Assembly: GCF_009914755.1 (NCBI RefSeq) | Contig: NC_060925.1 | Source: the human T2T-CHM13v2.0 reference genome, Homo sapiens | Length of the DNA: 64,000 nucleotides | Strand: one strand, 5' to 3' | In this document: one piece after another, positions 21,376 through 47,691 of the stretch | How the letters are laid out: every line of letters starts with the position of its first letter | Position numbering within the stretch: position 1 is the stretch's first letter | Position numbers and translations under genes: made by a program | The notes under the pieces: model-generated | Told to the model about the DNA's origin: nothing | Database searches by the model: none | The model's input: only the letters and a program-made list of their open reading frames with translations

Positions 21376-21807
21376 CTTTATAAGGCCGACTGTCCCTGGG
21401 CTTGGGGCCAGCCCCTTGTCTACTAGCTAAATTTAGGCCTCTCCATGGCCCAGAGGGGGCTGGAAATCTTCTCCCGTGCGCCGGCCCTGCTGACAGCCCG
21501 ACACGCAGGCCGAGAGGGCTGAGCTCACAGCCTGACATTCCAGGCTGATCACAGCAGCCCCAGGGGCCTCCTCACCACTGCACAGGGCTGGATCCTGTCT
21601 CCTTGCCACTCGGACCTCGGTGCCTGCCCCAGAACCTTGCAAGTTTGGGGTTTATTGTGTGTTTTGTTTCCCCCGTCAGCCTGGGGGCTCCTGAGGACTG
21701 TGCCTCCCCTCCAGACTCTGGTTCTCCTCCACGGCTGTACCTCCTCCATCAGTGTGCAGGCTCCTTGGGGACAGGGTAGGTGGAAGCACCACCGCTCTGT
21801 GACGTCA
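21376..21807 (-). promoter_or_regulatory. HSPB7: HSPB7 proximal promoter: TATA/CArG-like CCTTATAAAG (21376-21385), MEF2 CTAAATTTAG (21427-21436), CRE TGACGTCA (21800-21807)
   Basis: Motifs read directly; fits known cardiac/skeletal muscle expression. Confidence 0.75.
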
Positions 21808-24800
21808 GGAGCTCCTTCCCTCAAGGCAGACAACCTTCACAGCCCATCTCTAAGGAAAGGTTGAGCCCTGCCAGGGGGTGTAAAATGTGCAGCTGTCCCC
21901 TGCCAGCCCCCATGGGGACCTGGATTCTGTGCCTGCACTCCCTCTGACTCTCAGAACATTCAGCAGCCCCAAGAGGACAAAGTTGGCAGCTTTCTCCTTA
22001 AAGGTCTAGAAGGTTGTGTTCCCGGCAACTGTCTGCTCCATCTCTGTGTCAGAGGTGATGCCTGCGAGCGCCTTAGGTGGGATTTCAGTCAGAGGTAAAA
22101 GAGAATTCCGGAAGACAATTATTCTAGCCCTGAGTTCTAGAATGCCTTCTGGGCATGGGCTCCTGGCTGCAAGCTGTCCAGCACGGCCCCGTTTGATCCC
22201 CACACAGCTGGGAGGGTGGAGGGGCTCTTCCCATGTTACGGACGGGGAAGCGAAGCCTCTTGGAAAGGGCGGGGCTCGCAGTTGCGTAAGTGGCAGAGCT
22301 GGGATTCGAACCTAGATGTGTTGGACCCAAAGCCCTTCAGAGGCCGAGGTGGTTTGAACATGTGCCTATGGAGACAGGCTGGCCCGGAAGAGCCAGAGAA
22401 GCCCCTCCCTACCCACCTGCTTGCTCAGCAAAGCTGGGACTGACCTTGCCCTGGGCCAGGGTGGAGGCCATTCTGAGAGGCGGCCAGGCCCTCTGCTCTG
22501 CCCAGGTTGCAGTTAAGGGCCTCTGCTGTCCTCTCCAAATCCGTCCCTTCCGTCCCAGATCAGCTCCAATGCCTCCTCCCCCAGGGAGGCCTCTCTGACT
22601 GCTCCTGCTCACATGGGCCCACACCCAGTCCAGATGCCCCCAGCACTGACTGTCTTTGTCCTCCCACAGCACCTGGCAGTGTGACATAGTCTTCCTGTGT
22701 GCTGTGACTCTCTGCTGTGTCCCTTCTTCCCTATCCAACTGGCAGTTCCCACGGGGGCGAGGGTTCACCTGTCTCCCCATTAGATTGAAGGTTCTTGAAG
22801 ACGGGCAGTTTCTCTTTTGTCTGAGCCCCCTACAACCCAGTCTGGAGCTTCATCCTGGAGAGCTCCTTCTACAGGGGTATTAGCGGTGCTGGTGGTATGT
22901 GGAGTGGAAGCAGAGCAGGGCACAGGGCACAGCGGCGGGCCAGGCTGTTGCCTGGAGCAACAGGGCCTGTTGCCTCTGGCAGAGTTTCCTGCCCGTGTCG
23001 GGGCCTGTGACACCCAGCCTGGCTGAGGGGTTTCTAGGGCAGCTGGGAAGCCACCAGCACTGAGGTGAGATGGAGAGAGGGTGGGGCGGGGTGGGGGGCC
23101 CAGAGCCTGCCGCTCGCCAGGGAAACAGGAGCCGGTGGCTAAATGCAGACACACTGTCATGGTGCTGAGGGCCTGAGTCACTGCCCCTGGATGTCAGATC
23201 CCGTTACCCACCCCCGCCCACCATTCCTCCTCCCCTTTTTCCCCCTTCCCGAGGCATCACCCACACAAATACTGGATCCTCTGGCTTCACTGACCCAGAG
23301 GGACCTCAAAAGGTCATCAAGGACATTCCCCTGCCTCTACCTTCAGATCACAGAGACAGAAGGAGCTACAAAGATGATGCAGTCCTTTGAATCCCAGTCA
23401 CCCAGGAGAGCTTTTCACAAACACAGACCCTTTCCTTGGACCCCAGGATTTTGATTTGGGATCTGGGGAAGGGACCTCACATCTCTTCCCATCAGCTCCC
23501 CACACAGCCAGCTCATAGGCCAGTGATGAAGCCCTCATCACTCAGTAGGTATTCATTGAAACCTTGCTATAAATAGGTGCTGGGCACTGTTCTAGGCTCT
23601 GAAGGACTCAGAGATGAATAAGGCAGAGACAGGCCCCTGCTTCCAGGCTCACCTCATCATACAGAAGAGGAAACTGAGGCTCTAGTTGATGAAAGAGTTA
23701 GGGTCAGCAGAGCTGTGCTGGCTTCAAACCGGTCATCCTGCTGAGCCACCCTGGCTGCCCTCTTCTCAGCCTCCTGGTGCACACAGGGCTGGGGGGTGAG
23801 GGTAGATGTGGACGTGCAGTGCTGGCTGTGGGACAGTAGCCAGCAGCTGCCCCAGACCAGACACTGGAAATCGGGATGTTGACAGGGCAGCCAGTTCTGG
23901 TGCTGTGCAGAGTCAACAGGTCGGGGTGGCCAAGGTGAAGGTGGGCTCGAGTCCATACAGAGCGGCAACTCCCATCCCACCTCCCACAACACACATCTTT
24001 GATTTTGATTTGACTTGCCTGGCATCTAGGGGCAAAGGGTGGCCCAGGGTCCCAGATTTTAACAATCATCCAAGGGCTATCATAAGCTTCAGAGGGTGGC
24101 TTTGTCTGGGTGGGAGTGGAGGCAATTGTCCCCAACCTCTTGCCCAAAAGTGGCATCAGACACAACTCTTCTGTTCTGTGCCCAAACCATTGCCCTGGTT
24201 CAGCCTCAGGAGCTGGAGGAGCTTTGGGCAGGGGAAGAGCTGCACAGTGTGGGGCTGGGTTCAGCCTCTGCTGTGTGACCTTGGATGAGTGACTCACCTC
24301 TCTGACCATCTACAAAATGGCGAGGCTCTCCCCATTCACAGGGTGTGGGAAGGAGGACTTGAGCTGCAGATGTGACGCTCCTGACACGTCGCAGGCACAC
24401 GGCAGGTGCTTGTTCCTCGCCATGTCCCCTCACACCTGTGCTGCCATCCTCTGTTGGGGTGGGACAAACTCTGTGGAATTACCCAGAAGTCCCCACCAGA
24501 GCCGCTGGCCCTTGGACGTGTGCTTTGAGAAGCATTTCCTGAGCCTGGAGGGTCTGGACACAGGATCAAGTCCGAGTTCCTGACCCCAATTCACTGCCTT
24601 GCCCCAGGTGTCGGCCTCCTCGCCAGCCCTGGACAAGATGGGTCATCAGGATGGGACCGTGTGGCACAGCCTGCGGGCTTTGGAGCCAGGCAAACCTGGG
24701 CTGGGAATCCTGGCTCTGCCTCGGCCTCCGTGATCTTAGACAGGCAGCCCCAGCTCCCTGAGACACCATTTCTCTACAACGGGATCACGCTGCCTGCCTC

Positions 24801-25244
24801 GTGGGATTTCCGTGGGCACTCAGGGTAATTAATCTGGGAGAAGGCTGACTCTCTACCTGACACACAGGGAGGCTGTGGTCATGCTGGCCCCACTCACCAT
24901 TGCCCCCCTGCCTTCTCCTTCCCTTCCCAGCCTCCTCCCCTCTCCCTCTGTGCTTTTTCAAACCTTCCATGTCCAGCTCTGAGACCCCTGGACCCTGAGT
25001 CTCAGCCTTGGCAGATGACCCCTCTCTGTCCTGCTGTGTGCATGAGCTCCCCCTTCCCAGCCCTCGTCCAGCAGCACCCAGGAGCCTGAGTACAGCTGGG
25101 CACCACCCTCTGTGCAGCTGTGATGGGTGGGGAGGCTCCTGCTCCCCTTCTCTCTTGGCAGTTCTGCCCTGCACAGCTCTGGCCTCCACAGTTCTGGTTG
25201 GTTTGTCAAGGACGTTTTTAATCTCCATGGTAAACCCCGGCCGG

Positions 25245-25374
25245 CGGGGAAGGGGGGTGGCAGGGAGAGAGTGATGATTGGTAGAGCATATACCTGTCCA
25301 GGTGCACTGGAGCTGGGAGCAAAGGAGGCTCTGTGAGAGGAGGGCCAGTTCAGCCGCAGCAGGAGGACTGACAG
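25245..25374 (+). promoter_or_regulatory. CLCNKA: CLCNKA TATA-less promoter (purine/GA-rich element) and non-coding exon 1, donor after 25374
   Basis: ggggaaggggggtggcagggagaga; ACAG|gtgagg donor conserved in copy B; exact TSS not determinable. Confidence 0.65.
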
Positions 25375-25930
25375 GTGAGGGGTCTCTGGGCGTGGACTGG
25401 AGTATGAACCTGGAAGGGCCAGGCAGGCAGGGCATAGGGGATGGTAGGGGCAGTAGCCAGCACCTCACTTTGGCTTTGCAGAGGCCTTCTGGTCCTGGGG
25501 TTTTCCTGCCTCTGTGACCTGAGCTGTCGGGGAGAAAGGAGGGTGCTCCGAGATTGGCAGGGAGAGTCGGAGCCATCCATGGGACTCTGCAGTGAGAGAG
25601 TCACAGCCCTGGGCAGAGACTGCTCCCAGTAGTGGAAGCACCAAGCGACCCAGGAGGGTGGGAGCGGTGTCCACAGTCTGCTGCTGGACACAGGGGGACA
25701 CCTAGGAATCCCACCCTCATCCCACAAAATGACACACACAGGCACACACCCTCAGTGACGGAACCTCAGGGATGAGGGCACACACAGACCTAGTGTGATA
25801 ACACACACACACACGCACAATCCTTCCTCTTCATTTGGGTGGGGAGAGCACTGGAAGGGCCCAGAGGCAGCGCGAGGACGTGCAGCAGCTCACCCGGGTC
25901 CTTCCCTCCATCTGCTTCTCCAGGGGCCTG

Positions 25931-36968
<11,038 letters not shown>

Positions 36969-37341
36969 GCCGGCCCAGCAAGATGAAACAGGGCACCCCA
37001 GCTGACCTGGTACTGAGGTTGGGCTGAGACCCTGCTTCTCTTCCCCCATCACCACCTGCCCCTCCCTCCAGCCCAGCTCCATTCTTTGGCATAACAGGCA
37101 ACTCTAACCTAGCCCAGAAGAGGATGGCTCATCCTGGGTGGGACGATGGCTCCTGCCTTGAAAGACAAAAATCCCACCTTGGGCAGAGCTGAGTGTGAGA
37201 AGATGGAAAACCAGTATCTGCCAGGTGCTCAGTGACTGGCCATCACATTAATGAATGACGAGATTGGAGTACACTGTCACCAAGGGCAGGCAAAGATGCC
37301 CTCTGGGGTTGTCTGGTTCCCAGTGAGAGGCTCCTGAGAAA

Positions 37342-37347
37342 AATAAA
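37342..37347 (+). terminator. CLCNKA: CLCNKA polyadenylation signal
   Basis: AATAAA ~370 nt after the stop; conserved in copy B. Confidence 0.8.
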
Positions 37348-39795
37348 GCTGGTTCCCAGAGCTGCTGTCCATCCCTCATCTCAGCTGCAAGGTTGCTGGT
37401 CTGGGACTGGAGCTCCTTACCTGCGCTGGCCCAGAGTGAGTTTCCCGTGGTCACGTGGGCACTGCAGGCTCGGGCCCCTGGGCTCCTCCTCATGCTCCAT
37501 TTCTTGGCAGGGAGATGATAGGGAGAGAGGTTCTCCCACCAGGTCTATGATGCTTGTCCTCATGAATAAGTGGGATACTGTGTCACTCAAACCCTAGTCT
37601 CCTGCTTGGCTGGGCCACAGCTCATAAAGCCAGGACCGAAGTGTGGCTCCTTCTGGAGTCCACAGAGCCCTGGGCATCCTCCATGAGCCTTCTATGCCTG
37701 GGTGGCCCAGGTTGACCGGCTGTGTATGTGTTGGGGTTAAGGATCCCCCCTGACTCCCTCCGGACTCTGTCCAGGGGCCCAAGGTCACATCTTCCCCAGC
37801 AGAGACCAGGCCAAGGTCATCCAGGGTGAATCCACCACTTTAATGTCCTCAAAGAAACTTGAGTGAGATGGGAGGGAGCTGCAAGGAGGGGGAGTGGGCT
37901 CCCAGGGGTGAGGAGCAGGGGACACGGAGGAAGCAGGTTCAGAGAGGGAGGGACAGACAGACAGACACTCCAGAGAGACAGATGTCCTGGGTGAAGAGAG
38001 CCGGGGAGCAGGTGCTTAGCTACCAGAAGTGGTCACCCCACCTTTGCTGGGGGGCAGATACACAGAGAGAGTGGGGAGGGACTGAACCCCAGGTAAAGGC
38101 AGGGTTCCCAGACCCCACTGTAAGTGGGTCTCAATTCTCTCCATGGCTGTCCTCCTGGGGGCCTGGCTGTTGCTCCTCTGGGCCAGGCTGCCCTGGTGTC
38201 TCTGAGAGTCCTTGAGTTCCCTGAGGGCAGACACCCTGCAGGGGAAGGTGCCCACCTGAGTGAAGTAATGAAGGGGGAGGGGGTTATGGCTCCCACTGCT
38301 GGGGCAGGTCCACCGAGGCACAGAGAGGCCACCATGAGCACTGGCCCCATCCCTGCCGCACCTACCCTGTGCCTACCCGAAGGGTCAAGAGATGCCCTCC
38401 CCTGGACCCCGGGGTCCAGATATGCCTGGGCTGCCCACCAGGCGAGGTCATGGTGAGAGCAGGTGCTGGACCAGCACAGCCCCCACCTCAGTTATAGAAC
38501 ACCTCGTCCTCCTCCCAGAGGGAGCCGCTGTCCATGGAGGGGAGGGAGCCCAGGGGGTGGGTTCCACCCTCGGGTCCTTGGGCCCCGGGCAGCCGCCGCC
38601 GATGCTGCAGCTCTGGGCTGGGGGGCTGCGGGATGCCAGCGGTGCTGGGGGGCTCCTCAGGTGAGGGACAGCTGTCAGGGGAGGGGCTGGGCGAGGAGAA
38701 GGCCTGAAGGCTGTCATCCTGTGAGGGGCCGCTGGGAAGGCTGTCCTGAAGGTAGATGCTCTCCAGATCTGGAAAAGCAAGGGGGTGATGGGGGAATGGC
38801 GTCCCGGATCCAGCTCCTCGCCCTCCCTCTCTGGGGGTGTGAGAAAGGGCAAGGGGCAGAAGACCTGCCTCCAAATCCAGCTGTGTGACTGCCGAGCCTT
38901 GTGACCTTGGTCAAGTCACCAAAACTCTCTGAGTCCCAGGTTCCTCCTCCAGGCAGTAAACGGAGGAGTTAAGAGTGGGCTTGGAGCCAGCCTGTGCTCT
39001 CTGAGAACTGGGACAGCCAGTGCTGCTCTGGGCCTCTGTCCCCTCCCCGTCCCTCTTGGGGCAGGAGGACTAAGTGCAGGCTTCCCCCAGGGCCAAGGCT
39101 CCTTGAAGCCCTCAGTAGTAACCTGGGCTTCTAGAAAGGTGGTTGCTCGTGCCTGGTGCTAAGTTTCAGATCCGGCTCTGACGCTTCTAGCTGTCATTTG
39201 GAGTAAGTTTCTGAACGTCTGAGTGCCTCTGTTTCCTTATTTGTAAAATGGGGACAACAGGACCCACTCCCTAGGGCTGCTGTGAGGATTCTGTGAGGTG
39301 CTCGTGCACAGCCCTCGGTGTGGTAAGCGCTCGATTCCCGCCCCCACTGTGCTCACTCTCTCCTTCCTGCTCCTGCCACTGCCGGGCAATGGGCAAGGCA
39401 AGGATCACTGCCCCATTTTGCAGATGAAGAAACTCAGGCTGAGAAAAGGAAGGGGCTTGGCCGAGGTCACACTGCATTTGGTGATGGACAGGCATCTAGC
39501 GTCACCTCCACTCTGCCCCCTCCCCCCGGACCCCCTGGGCTGTACCTTGGAGCTGGACGATGCCCTGGGGGCTGTTCTCGGGGTGCAGCTCCTCTTCGTC
39601 CAGCGAGGACCAAGCGCTCAGTGTGGCCTCTGTGATGGCAAACTGCTCGGCGACCCCTGGGGGAACAGCGAGATCCAGCTCAGGGGGGCATGGGTGGGGA
39701 CGGCCTCAGTGCCTGATGGAGCTGCTCCAGGACAGGCGGGAGGGTGGCCACCTCTCTGGGCTGCCAATCCACACCCCAGTGGTCAAGAGTGCTCA

Positions 39796-40146
<351 letters not shown>

Positions 40147-41161
40147 TCAGCGCAGGGCCTGGCCCCCATGCCTCAGGCCCACCCAGTGGCCTGTACCCCA
40201 CATTCCCTCAGTGCACCATGATCTCCATCAGTGCCCCACACCTCCCCAGGGGCCTGTACCCATCTAACTCCTCACACCTTCCAAAGCCTCCTGCTCACTC
40301 CTGCCCTGAGCCCTCTGAGCTCTGTGGCCCCCTCCCCTCAATGCCCCCACCCACTGGCATCCGCATTTCCTCCCAGCATCCTACTCCCAGTCCATGTTCC
40401 CGCCCACTGGGTGCTTCTTCCCCAGATCGGCCACACCCCTCACTCCCTTTCTGACCAAGTTCAGACCCTTCCATCCAAGGAGAGCCACCCAAGGACCACT
40501 CATGAGCCCCCAGCTTTCTCCATGATCCATTAAACACATTCTGAGAGAGCATCTCTGTGGCTGTGCCAGCTCTGCTGGAGGTGAGATCTGGGTGGGTGGA
40601 GCAGGCAGGGAAGGCTTCTGGAAGAGGGGACCTGGGATTGGAATTTGAAGGTGGGTTGGGTTTGGACAGATAGAGGCAAGACTGGAGGTTTCATTTCAAA
40701 GATGAGAAGAGGATGAAGGCATGGAAGAATCTGGCATGAGTCCAGGATTAGCTGGGATGAGACATGGGGTCCACACTAGGACTGGGAGACAGGAGAAGCT
40801 GGGAGCAGATCAGGGCCAGAGCATGGTTGGAGAGAACCAGGTGGGGGGCTCAGATGTTCTCCTTGCGCAGTGGGGAGCCCCAGCAGGGTAATGAGCAAGA
40901 GAGTGACCAATTGGCACAGCTGTTTAGGAAGAGTGCCCCAATTGGAAGATTTGGGGTTACTGCAGGGACCCAGCAACAGACAAGGCAAGGGCTGGGCAGA
41001 CAGAGAGGAGAGGTCGGGGGCTTTGGGAGGAGAGGAGTTGGATGTGGAAGATGGAGGGGCTGTCAGCAATGGTTCAGGATTGTCATTAGCCAAGTCTGCC
41101 AACACAGATCTGGGAGTCACCCTAGTCTCCGAAGCCATGATGTGAGGAATGGCGATATTTA

Positions 41162-41515
<354 letters not shown>

Positions 41516-41917
41516 TTAGAGAGCTGGGAAAATGGGAAAGATGGGTGTGTGGAAGAAAGGGGAGAATCTCGCTCCCAACCACTAAAGCGGGGGGTGTTGG
41601 GTATCTAAGAAGGTGTTTTGGAGGAGGTGGGTGTTCAAGTGGCCCTTGAAAGGTAGGTGCAGCGGAGGAAGGTGCTGTGGGTGGAAGAAAGGCACAGGCC
41701 AATGTGGGGAGGGAGGGCCCCAGGGGTCCTGGGGGAGCTGGGTGGGCTGTAGTGAAGTGGAGCCTGCAGGGCATGGAGCAGAGCTGGGTATGCACAGACA
41801 GGTGAAGGCCGTCCTGGGGCCACCTGATGCCGTGGGGGGCCACCTGATGCTGTGGTGATCACCAGCACCTCCTGTACTGTGCTACGAGCCCATCCCCATC
41901 TGCTTCAGGTGCTGCTA

Positions 41918-42419
<502 letters not shown>

Positions 42420-43930
42420 CTATTCATGCTCCCAAGCTGTGGTGGGACCAGCTTGGTGAAGCTAGACTCCTGCAGAGCCCCTTCCGAAGGCCCCTCTGCC
42501 TCCCCCGCTGCCTGCTGGCTTCTCTTGAGGGCCATTCCCCAGGGAATCACCTGCACAGTCATGCCCATGTCAGGCTCTGCTTCCAGGGAACCTGAACTAA
42601 GGTGATGGGACTGGCAGAGAGGCAGGGAGACCATGCCAGACAGACATCTGAAAAACTCTGCCCCACCCCCTCAGAGCTTCTTGAGAACCCAGCAGTTTAA
42701 CCTGTGGAAGCAGAACCCTGAGCCACTGGTCCCCCCGTGACCCGCATAACCCAGCATGGACTCTGGCATTTAGAACATGGAGAATCCAACAGGGCTGCCA
42801 TCCTCCCACCTGCAACTCAGCCATGCCCTTCCCACAGCCAGGGTCTAGGGTGGGACCGTGCATTCTCCACCGGCAGGAGAGTTGTGGCCAGAACCTACCC
42901 ACAAGGAACGAGGTGGCCAGGGCTGCCACGTTGTAGTTGCCGGGGCAGGACCTGGAGTCGGACAGGTGGCCGTTGGTGGTCTGGAAGCACCTCTGGAGGA
43001 AGTGGCAGGAGGATTGAGCAGGGTGGGCCAGGCTGCCGGCCGACATCCCTCCAGCACCACCACCCATCCCCGTCTCCCAGCTCACCAAGTCCTCTGGCCA
43101 GTGGGCAGGGACAGGGCAGCTAAAGCCAGGGAGATCCTACTAACTCCCACGGGACAACCCCCACCCACTGTTTCATCAGATTCTGGTCTTAGGGCTAGTG
43201 GGACTGTGTGCCTGAGCTGGGCACAGGGGAGAGAGGGGTGGTGGTGTCAGCTGGGGCCGGCTAGAATGGGGACACACAAGTGCACTGACCTGCCAAGGAT
43301 CCCAACAGAAATCCATCTGTTTGTCCTAAAACAAGAGGAGAGAGAGGATCAGGCAGGGCCTGGCACGCTGTGCCGGCAGATGGCCCGAGTCCTGGGGCCC
43401 TGGGTGAGGGTGGGGGTCAGCCTTCTGGTGCTCCGTGAGGTCGGGGTCTGCCCTCTCATGGGTCATGCTCTGGTGTCCCCCGGCATGCAGAGGAAGAAGG
43501 TGGGGGCAACAGTGGTGCTGGGAGGACAGGCCTCGGGTGCCGCTTATAGAGCAGGCTTGGGTGTGGGCTCTGACTTTGCCATTTCCCAGCTGGTGTCCCT
43601 AGACTATTCCTAACAGCTCCGAACACGTCTCTTCCTCTGCAAAATGGCGACAATGTCATTCACCTCACGAGTTGTGGTGAGGCCTAAATAACATAACGGA
43701 GGCTGAGAAGAGCTGAGTGCAGTGCTTCGCAGGAGGGGTGTGCCGCTGGGGAGAAGGTAATTATATCATCCAGTGGGTTCATGCCACAGACCCTGGAGCA
43801 AGGGCGGAAATTATGCACCAGAATTTGGGGCCTCTAGTGACCCTGAGTGACATCTTCCAAATCTATCTAGACTGAGAATTCTTTTTTTCTTTTTTCAATT
43901 CTTTCCACCCCAAATCACCACCCTGCCTGA

Positions 43931-44532
<602 letters not shown>

Positions 44533-47069
44533 CCGCATCTCCTGTCTTTTCAGATCCTTGTCATGACCACTGTTTCCCTCCAGCGTTCCTCTGCTCCCTT
44601 CTCATTGGATGTGCAGAAGTCTGTGTCAGCCCCAGCCTCTCGGGATGACCTTAGCAGGCGTCTCTTCCTCCCCGACCTCTGTCCCGTGCTTGGTGGGTCC
44701 TCAGCCCACAGGCCAGTACACCTAGGCTGGCACCCCAAGGCACCCGGCATGGAGTGGCCAAGTGAAGGGGAAGGGACCTGGTCACTGAGGAAACACTCAG
44801 ATCCCCTCCACCTGGAGCTGGGCCCAGCCAGAGACTGCCTAGAACCTTTGGGGTTTCTGGAGCCACCCTCAGACTCTGGGAGCCTGGTGTTCCTAAGGAA
44901 CCCCCAGCACTCCTCACTCTTCAAACTCCCTTCCCCTCTCGCTGAAGACAGTGGGACCAGGTAAGGCATGGGAAGGGGCTGTGGGGGTGAGCTGGTAAGG
45001 CCTCTGTCTTGGGGAGGGGTGGGAGATGGGGGGTCTGCTAGCTCCCCAGCTGTCCCCACAGTTCCTCTGGGAAGCCAGGAATAACCAGAGCCTCCCTCCC
45101 CTCCTAGGCACCTGGCAGTGGGGGTGTAACCATTGGAATAAAAGCAGGGCAGGGGACCCTGCTTCATGTCACCTGCCAGGATGCAAAGTAGTGTGGGGAC
45201 TCAGTGACCTCTGAATGTGGGTTCTCTGTACCGCCCCGCTCCCACCCATACCTGCCCTGTCTCTTTCAGCGTGCCCTGTCCCCCATCCCGTCCTCAGCTG
45301 CTCTGAGGCGAGGGGGCTGTGCAGGTCCTGGGCACCCGACCCCCACTGTCATGAGACAGAGACCCAGGTCTCAGGCTCAGCTCATTTGACAGAGGAGGAA
45401 AACAGAGGCTCCGGATGGTGATGGTGTTAGGGTCACAGAGCCGCCCTGGGTTCTCCCCTGCTGTCTCTCTACTGAGCCCCCGCTACTGCTGCCAGGCGAC
45501 TAATATGGAAGGGGAGAAATTAGGGCTGATGTGGAGGCAGTGGGTTTGGGAGGGACCTGCATTGGGTCCTGCGCCCCCTGGCTGCCCTCTTCTCAGCCTC
45601 CTGGGGCACACAGGGCTGGGGGGTGAGGGTGGATGTGGACATGCAGTGCCGGCTGTGGGACAGTAGCCAGCAGCTGCCCCAGACCAGACACTGGGGATCC
45701 GGATGTTGACAGGGCAGCCAGTTCTGGTGCTGTGCAGAGTCAACAGGTCAGGGTGGCCAAGATGAAGGTGGGCTCGGGTTCATGCAGAGCGGCAACCCCC
45801 ATCCCACCTCCCACAACACACACCTTCAATTTTGATTTGACTTGCCTGGCATCTAGGGGCAAAGGGTGGCCCAGGGTCCCAGATTTTAACAATCATCCAA
45901 GGGCCATCATGTTATTCAGAGAGTGGCTTTGTCTGGGTAGGACTGGAGGCAATTGCCCCCAACATCTTGCCCCAAAGTGGCATCAGACACAACTCTTCTG
46001 TTCTGTGCCCAAACCATTGCCCTGGTTCAGCCTCAGGAGCTGGAGGAGCTTTGGGCAGGGGAAGAGCTGCACAGTGTGGGGCTGGGTTCAGCCTCTGCTG
46101 TGTGACCTTGGATGAGTGACTCACCTCTCTGACCATCTACAAAATGGCGAGGCTCTCCCCATTCACAGGGTGTGGGGAGGAGGACTTGAGCTGCGGATGT
46201 GACGCTTCTGACACGTTGCAGGCACACGGCACGTGCTTGTTCCTCGCCATGTCCCCTCACACCTGTGCTGCCATCCTCTGTTGGGGTGGGACAAACTCTG
46301 TGGAATTACCCAGAAGTCCCCACCAGAGCCGCTGGCCCTTGGACGTGTGCTTTGAGAGGCATTTCCTGAGCCTGGAGGGTCTGGACACAGGATCAAGTCT
46401 GAGTTCCTGACCCCAATTCACTGCCTTGCCCCAGGTGTTGGCCTCCTCGCCAGCCCTGGACAAGATGGGTCATCAGGATGGGACCGTGTGGCACAGCCTG
46501 CGGGCTTTGGAGCCAGGCAAACCTGGGCTGGGAATCCTGGCGCTGCCTCGGCCTCCGTGATCTTAGACGGGCAGCCCCACCTCCCTGAGACACCATTTCT
46601 CTACAACGGGATCACGCTGCCTGCCTCGTGGGATTTCCGTGGGCACTCAGGGTAATTAATCTAGGGGAAGGCTGACTCTCTACCTGGCACACAGGGAGGC
46701 TGTGGTCATGCTGGCCCCACTCACCTTTGCCGGCCTGCTTTCTCCTTCTCTGCCCAGCCTCCTCCCCTCTCCCTCTGTGCTTTTCCAAACCTTCCATGTC
46801 CAGCTCTGAGACCCCTGGACCCTGAGCCTCAGCCTTGGCAGATGACCCCTCTCTGTCCTGCTGTGTGCGTGAGCTCCCCCTTCCCAGCCCCCGTCCAGCA
46901 GCACCCAGGAGCCTGAGTACAGCTGGGCACCACCCTCTGTGCAGCTATGGTGGGTGGGGAGGCTCCTGTTCCCCTCCCTGTTGGCAGCTCTGCTCTGCTC
47001 TGCTCCGGCCTGGGCAGTTCTGATCGGTTTTCAAGGACATTCTAAGTGTTCGCCATAAACCCTGGGCCC

Positions 47070-47183
47070 AGGCGGGAAAGGGGGGAGGATGTTGATTGTT
47101 GGAACACACACCTGTCCAGGTTCAGGGGAGCTGGAGGCTCTGTGAGAGGAGGGCCAGCTCAGCCACAGCAGGAGGACTGACAG
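47070..47183 (+). promoter_or_regulatory. CLCNKB: CLCNKB promoter (GA-rich element) and non-coding exon 1, donor after 47183
   Basis: Paralogous to 25245-25374; ACAG|gtgagg. Confidence 0.65.
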
Positions 47184-47649
47184 GTGAGGGGTCGCTGCAA
47201 GATGCTGGGGCCTGCCAGGGCCAGACAGGCAGGGCGGGGGGGGGGTGGTAAGGGCAGGAGCCAGCACCTCACTTTGGCCCTGGTGGGATCTTCTTCTGGG
47301 CCTGGGGTTTTGCTGCCTCTGTGGCCTGAGCTGGGGTCAGGGGTGCTCATAGGTGGACAGGGAGAGTCAGAGCCATCCATGGGACTCTGCAGTGAGAGTG
47401 TCACAGCCCTGGGCAGAGACTGCTCCCAGCAGTGGAAGCGCCAAGTGACCCAGGAGGGTGGGAGCGGCGGCCACCGAAGGGGAAGGGGCTCTGAGCAGGG
47501 CTTGGGCTCCGGCCTGTGCCCAGTCTGCTGCTGGACACGGGGACACCTAGGAATCCCACCCCCATCCCACACAATGACACACACAGGCACACACCCTCAG
47601 TGACGGAAACTCAGGGATGAAGGCACACACAGACCTAGTGTGATAACTT

Positions 47650-47654
<5 letters not shown>

Positions 47655-47689
<35 letters not shown>
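47655..47689. repeat. (CA)n microsatellite in CLCNKB intron 1
   Basis: ~17 AC units; much shorter at the CLCNKA site 25801-25817. Confidence 0.9.

Positions 47690-47691
<2 letters not shown>

Noticed and set aside
21275-21538. 88-codon open frame upstream of the HSPB7 ATG
   Set aside because: Starts at a non-ATG codon and runs through the TATA/MEF2 promoter; I could not identify an in-phase upstream exon
23806-24636. ORFs that appear conserved in two places (e.g. MWTCSAGCG, MARLSPFTG)
   Set aside because: The conservation only reflects ~95% nucleotide identity of the duplication
24785-25576. 263-aa minus-strand ORF over the CLCNKA promoter (likewise 48498-49295, 58700-59425, and 42858-43613 on +)
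   Set aside because: No matching long frame in the paralogous copy where it can be compared, and no domain-like content; expected by chance at this GC level
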